Position numbers and translations under genes: made by a program
Shown: positions 26,778-30,797 of the stretch, piece by piece
Numbering within the stretch: the first letter of the stretch is position 1
Layout: every line of letters starts with the position of its first letter
Virus record (IMG/VR): IMGVR_UViG_2061766007_000148
DNA: 30,797 nt
DNA from: an uncultured virus (IMG/VR IMGVR_UViG_2061766007_000148)
Taxonomy: Duplodnaviria; Heunggongvirae; Uroviricota; Caudoviricetes
Strand: one strand, 5' to 3'
Notes under the pieces: model-generated
The model's database searches: none
What the model was told of the DNA's origin: nothing
What the model saw: only the letters and a program-made list of their open reading frames with translations

Positions 26778-27151
26778 CGGATGATGAATTATACAGGTAT
26801 CAGATAAGTTCTGAGGGTCTGAAAGCACTTAACGGTATTATCAAATACACTGAGTATGATCAGCTGGACGGAACATACATGGCAATCGGGGCTAAAGCCG
26901 AGGAGGTCAAAAGACAGATAGACAGAATTAATAGTTTAAAAGCGGATTACAAGCCGCTGTCAGAGGAGGATGAAGAACTCCTCGGTATCTTGGAGAGCGC
27001 ATATGAGCGGTTGGATGAACTTGCGGATGATGCTTACACAGCCGCCGAAGAATTTGACGAAATTATCTCGGCATTGCAGACTATTCATGACCGCGAGTAT
27101 TTTGACGTAAATGACATAAATCAGATGGAAGGGAGAGCTTATAGAAAATGA
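26774..27151 (+). CDS. Helical-hairpin protein, family A
   Basis: ISSEGLKALNGI; LSEEDEELLGILESA; FDEIISALQTIHDREYFD. Confidence 0.75.
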   Translation: MTDDELYRYQISSEGLKALNGIIKYTEYDQLDGTYMAIGAKAEEVKRQIDRINSLKADYKPLSEEDEELLGILESAYERLDELADDAYTAAEEFDEIISALQTIHDREYFDVNDINQMEGRAYRK

Positions 27152-27417
27152 AAAGTCTCATATTCAAATATGATTCCGAGGGAGCGTTCTTGGAAAATAT
27201 CTTCCGAATTGTATTGTTAATCAACAGTTTATTCCTGCTTTGTATATTTACGGGAGATACATTCACAAGCATAGTAATATTTGAGGGAGTTATAGTGGTT
27301 GAACTCACATATCAAGTGATTACCGAATTTACCGAGATGTTGGCACCGTATAAGGCACCGGATGAATCGTGGTGGTCGGTAATTTACAGAATATTCAGTC
27401 CGGGGATAAATCCATGA
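27148..27417 (+). CDS. Membrane protein (2 TM)
   Basis: ATGA overlap; hydrophobic hairpin; weakly similar to 27414. Confidence 0.7.
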   Translation: MKSLIFKYDSEGAFLENIFRIVLLINSLFLLCIFTGDTFTSIVIFEGVIVVELTYQVITEFTEMLAPYKAPDESWWSVIYRIFSPGINP

Positions 27418-27629
27418 AAGGTTTTCTGTATATCGATAAGAATGAAGACCCTGACGCGGATATAAAGAATATGTTCATAATATTACTGTTTCTGGGCGGA
27501 TTTGTGATACTCACAATATTAACGAATATCCCGACAAGTGCGGCGGTATTCTTGGGAATATTGGGTTTGGATATACTCAGTTACGGAGTAAAAGATTTTG
27601 TAAACGAAATAAGGAGAATTAAGTTATGA
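27414..27629 (+). CDS. Membrane protein (2 TM)
   Basis: ATGA overlap at 27414; hydrophobic hairpin. Confidence 0.7.
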   Translation: MKGFLYIDKNEDPDADIKNMFIILLFLGGFVILTILTNIPTSAAVFLGILGLDILSYGVKDFVNEIRRIKL

Positions 27630-27844
27630 CAACGGTAAAAGACAGGTGCGTAAAGGTCACCGAAAAACAGATGGATGAGTTGGCAACGGATTTGCTCATG
27701 ATTGCCTCGTATCTTAACAGACTTGATATCAGACAGTTCAGTCAGACCGGTTTGGATAAACTTGCGGGCAATCTCATCAAAGCCGAAAAACATTGTAAAG
27801 AAATTGGAAATCTGGTAGGATATCATAATATGAGGGAGATGTAA
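27626..27844 (+). CDS. Small helical protein, family B-like
   Basis: AGGAG RBS; helix-FSQTGL-helix. Confidence 0.7.
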   Translation: MTTVKDRCVKVTEKQMDELATDLLMIASYLNRLDIRQFSQTGLDKLAGNLIKAEKHCKEIGNLVGYHNMREM

Positions 27845-27846
27845 TC

Positions 27847-28041
27847 ATGAAACCGTCACAAATCGAGATTTATAATGAACTTGAGAAAACCCGAAAATCG
27901 TATCTGAAAATACTGGACATATGCCGCACGGAAAGACCGTTTAATCATAAAAACGCTTCCGCACTTAAATCCGAAATCCACTGCGGATTACGACATATGG
28001 AAAGAATGCAAGGGTGGATTGCCGAGGATCAGTCTGAATAA
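27847..28041 (+). CDS. Small helical protein
   Basis: GGGAG RBS; last gene of the dense operon. Confidence 0.65.
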   Translation: MKPSQIEIYNELEKTRKSYLKILDICRTERPFNHKNASALKSEIHCGLRHMERMQGWIAEDQSE

Positions 28042-28129
28042 TCTGGATTATCCGGGATTGACTAATCGGATCTAAAATCGTTTTACTTAAAAAGGATGAA
28101 AAAAAGTACATTACGTTAGTGAGGTAGAG

Positions 28130-28306
28130 ATGATATACGTAACACAAGAAGAGTTTGAGGCAACAGCACTCAACATGATTTACGCTATCGGACAGTTATC
28201 TAACACTTTACCGTCTGAAAGCACGATAGAACGATGTAAATCGGAATTACTCAAATCTGGTATGATAAAAATAATAAATGAAGGGGGAAAATATGAGAAT
28301 AATTAA
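28130..28306 (+). CDS. Small hypothetical protein, 58 aa (not in ORF track)
   Basis: MIYVTQEEFEATALNMIYAIGQLSNTLPSESTIERCKSELLKSGMIKIINEGGKYENN; GAGGT RBS. Confidence 0.6.
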   Translation: MIYVTQEEFEATALNMIYAIGQLSNTLPSESTIERCKSELLKSGMIKIINEGGKYENN

Positions 28307-28570
28307 TTTATATCATGGTAACGATACATTATATGATGATTCCCATATTTTGTCGCCGACAGGATGGATCGCCAGATCCCCGCGGGACACTACTATCTAT
28401 GAAGTTGATGAGCTATATAGTTTTCCCCAGAATTCGTTTGCTACACCAGTTGTAACTGAGGGTAAAACCGATAACTTTTTTTATGCAAAAATAAAAGTGA
28501 CGCCTGACGCCACCGGGACATTGCCTGAAAAAATTTTGACACCCCACTTTTGCAAAAAAGTGGGGTGTCA
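28293..28570 (+). CDS. Hypothetical protein, 5' part, running into an assembly gap
   Basis: AAGGGGGAAAAT RBS before MRIINL; open to the gap. Confidence 0.55.
28537..28570. repeat. Perfect 15-bp hairpin TGACACCCCACTTTT-GCAA-AAAAGTGGGGTGTCA
   Basis: Seen directly; ends exactly at the start of the N run (28571-29121). Confidence 0.85.
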
Positions 28571-29121
28571 NNNNNNNNNNNNNNNNNNNNNNNNNNNNNN
28601 NNNNNNNNNNNNNNNNNNNNNNNNNNNNNNNNNNNNNNNNNNNNNNNNNNNNNNNNNNNNNNNNNNNNNNNNNNNNNNNNNNNNNNNNNNNNNNNNNNNN
28701 NNNNNNNNNNNNNNNNNNNNNNNNNNNNNNNNNNNNNNNNNNNNNNNNNNNNNNNNNNNNNNNNNNNNNNNNNNNNNNNNNNNNNNNNNNNNNNNNNNNN
28801 NNNNNNNNNNNNNNNNNNNNNNNNNNNNNNNNNNNNNNNNNNNNNNNNNNNNNNNNNNNNNNNNNNNNNNNNNNNNNNNNNNNNNNNNNNNNNNNNNNNN
28901 NNNNNNNNNNNNNNNNNNNNNNNNNNNNNNNNNNNNNNNNNNNNNNNNNNNNNNNNNNNNNNNNNNNNNNNNNNNNNNNNNNNNNNNNNNNNNNNNNNNN
29001 NNNNNNNNNNNNNNNNNNNNNNNNNNNNNNNNNNNNNNNNNNNNNNNNNNNNNNNNNNNNNNNNNNNNNNNNNNNNNNNNNNNNNNNNNNNNNNNNNNNN
29101 NNNNNNNNNNNNNNNNNNNNN

Positions 29122-29330
29122 CTTATTGTAAACAAACCCTTGAGGCATTCAGAAATAAGGGTTATTATATCTCGGATGAGCTTGCCCGTGAACTGATTAT
29201 CGAGTATGTCCGCATGTTGCATGATACCGGAAAAGATGACGAGGTTTGGGAACGTCGTCAGAGAGAATATGAATTAGAATACGGTGGCACGGTAGAATAT
29301 GGCGGATTTAATAAGGATTGGTGCACATAA
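29122..29330 (+). CDS. 3' part of a hypothetical gene emerging from the gap
   Basis: Open frame ending in a TAATG overlap with the integrase start. Confidence 0.55.
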
Positions 29331-30520
29331 TGCCCTTCAGCAGAGATTCCAAATATTCTCCTGAACTTTCCATCTCACGGAATTTGAGACTCGGAAACAT
29401 CACGGAGGATGATGCGGAAATAATCCAGAATTATATCAACCACATAGGGGTGGTAAATAACCTCGGTGAGTCACGTAAAGCTACAATTGCATCCCTGTTG
29501 TGCGCATTAAACAAAACGGAACCTCGTGTACCTGTTCGAGGACTGACAAAAGAGATTATCTATCAGAAAGTAACCAATGTCAAATCAGCGGAATTCACTC
29601 AGAACACGCAAAGATCCATAATCTCGATTGGCAAGGCATTCTGGGTATATCTGATTAAAACTAAGATAATCAACGGTAATATCGAAGATATTAAAAACAT
29701 CAAAATACCCCCTATAAACTTTGAAACGACATCTCCCGATGAGATATTCACACCGTCGGAAGTCCTTGAGATGATTCGATGCGCAAACAATACTCGCGAC
29801 AGAGCATTTATCGCAACACTGTATGAAAGCGCTTGCCGGATTTCCGAGATTGCAACACTCAGATGGAAAGATGTATTTCCTGATAAATACGGCGCGAAAA
29901 TCTGGGTCTTTGACCATAAAGCAAAAAAAAGAAAGTTTTGCAGACTGATAATTGCCGCACCGCACCTTAATGAATGGAGGAATCAGTATGAGTCCTTTTC
30001 TTCGGCAAGCGGAGATAATTTGGTTTTTGTGACTCTTTATAAACAAAAACCACTCAAATACAGAACATATGATATAATCTTTAAAAGAGTCGCAAAAAAA
30101 GCAGGGATTACCAGACCGGTTCATCTTCATCTCATGCGGAAAACACGTATAACACATATGGTTCGTGAAAATTACAACGAATCTATCATCAAACTTGTTG
30201 CATGGGGAAATCCCAACACACGTATGATGCCGACATATACCAGACTCTCTGAAGACAATATCGATGCGGAACTTTTGAGTCACGGCGGCATCGTAGACCG
30301 TGAAGACGTTGTCGAGTCCATCAAATCACAGAAATGTATGCGGTGCGGCAACATCATAGCACCCGACCAGAAATACTGCCCGCATTGCGGAATGAGCACA
30401 GATCCGTCACTCATTAACCGTGAAATGAGCATAAACCCTGAACTCCTCACAAAAATATTACAGATTATTCAGGATCAGCAAAATCCCGAAAATTCGGACA
30501 ATGCGGGGGGTAAAAAATGA
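29330..30520 (+). CDS. int: Tyrosine recombinase/integrase with C-terminal zinc ribbon
   Basis: RDRAFIATLYESACRISE (catalytic R), HLMR (HxxR), VAWG..PTYTRL (Y nucleophile); CMRC..CPHC. Confidence 0.92.
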   Translation: MPFSRDSKYSPELSISRNLRLGNITEDDAEIIQNYINHIGVVNNLGESRKATIASLLCALNKTEPRVPVRGLTKEIIYQKVTNVKSAEFTQNTQRSIISIGKAFWVYLIKTKIINGNIEDIKNIKIPPINFETTSPDEIFTPSEVLEMIRCANNTRDRAFIATLYESACRISEIATLRWKDVFPDKYGAKIWVFDHKAKKRKFCRLIIAAPHLNEWRNQYESFSSASGDNLVFVTLYKQKPLKYRTYDIIFKRVAKKAGITRPVHLHLMRKTRITHMVRENYNESIIKLVAWGNPNTRMMPTYTRLSEDNIDAELLSHGGIVDREDVVESIKSQKCMRCGNIIAPDQKYCPHCGMSTDPSLINREMSINPELLTKILQIIQDQQNPENSDNAGGKK

Positions 30521-30797
30521 CCGAAACATTATCTGACAGGATTGGTATTCCCGAAGGGCTTTACGACAAGCTCTATTCCGAGATGGTGGATGTCTTTATC
30601 ACAGGAAGGTGCGAAGATATTCTGACTGGATATCCCGCCGAATGCATAGATTTCATCTTTACATCTCCTCCGTATGCGGACATGAGAAATTACGGAATAT
30701 CGGACTCAAAAATATCTCCTGATTGCTATGTTGAATGGTTCATGCCGAAAGCCGCGGAATTTTACAGGGTTCTGAAAAACACAGGGTCTTTTGTCTT
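30517..30797 (+). CDS. Site-specific DNA methyltransferase (N4-C/N6-A, beta class), 5' part (not in ORF track)
   Basis: MTETLSDRIG..ITGRCEDIL..CIDFIFTSPPYAD..EFYRVLKNTGSFV; motif IV SPPY; ATGA overlap with the integrase. Confidence 0.88.
   Translation, partial: MTETLSDRIGIPEGLYDKLYSEMVDVFITGRCEDILTGYPAECIDFIFTSPPYADMRNYGISDSKISPDCYVEWFMPKAAEFYRVLKNTGSFV

Larger units (their letters stand above)
1..30797. mobile_element. Interior of an archaeal provirus or virus-like integrative element (boundaries not visible)
   Basis: Tyrosine integrase with Zn ribbon, DNA MTase, divergent RHH pair, about 38 small co-oriented orphan genes, surface/membrane module, no housekeeping genes. Confidence 0.8.

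Noticed and set aside
28278..29330. 350-aa ORF and other ORFs spanning the long N run
   Set aside because: Artefacts of translating Ns; continuity across the gap is unknown.
29585..30283. 232-aa minus-strand ORF
   Set aside because: Antisense to the integrase; no recognisable motifs or RBS.
1..30797. tRNA gene or att site
   Set aside because: No cloverleaf-like sequence or terminal direct repeat was recognised.

Overview
The whole window appears to lie inside an archaeal mobile element, probably a provirus or virus-like integrative element. A methanogen host is inferred from GGTGA/GGAGG/GGGGG ribosome-binding sites, TATA-like boxes, '..GIVSA/GVVSA' signal peptides and an archaeal-type tyrosine integrase with a C-terminal Zn ribbon. 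No housekeeping genes, tRNA/att site, capsid, terminase or replicase are recognisable. Left arm (1-12113, +): small membrane proteins; a large secreted, membrane-anchored beta-propeller adhesin with mosaic 144-bp Kelch/Asp-box repeats broken by three assembly gaps; two membrane proteins; a Panacea/YwgA-like protein; and a 2331-aa modular protein. That protein carries an acidic Gly-rich tract, a candidate nucleotidyltransferase domain, a weaker candidate R-S-E ADP-ribosyltransferase domain, Pro/Thr repeats and a Lys-rich tail. Middle (12142-14892): DUF1828 and small minus-strand genes, a palindrome-rich intergenic region and a divergent pair of ribbon-helix-helix regulators. Right arm (14893-28041, +): about 38 tightly coupled small genes, most of which fall by eye into a few paralogous families, including an about 11-member helical-hairpin family. 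The window ends with a 15-bp hairpin abutting a 551-N gap, the integrase and the 5' part of a TSPPY-type DNA methyltransferase. All family assignments come from motif recognition by eye; no searches were run.
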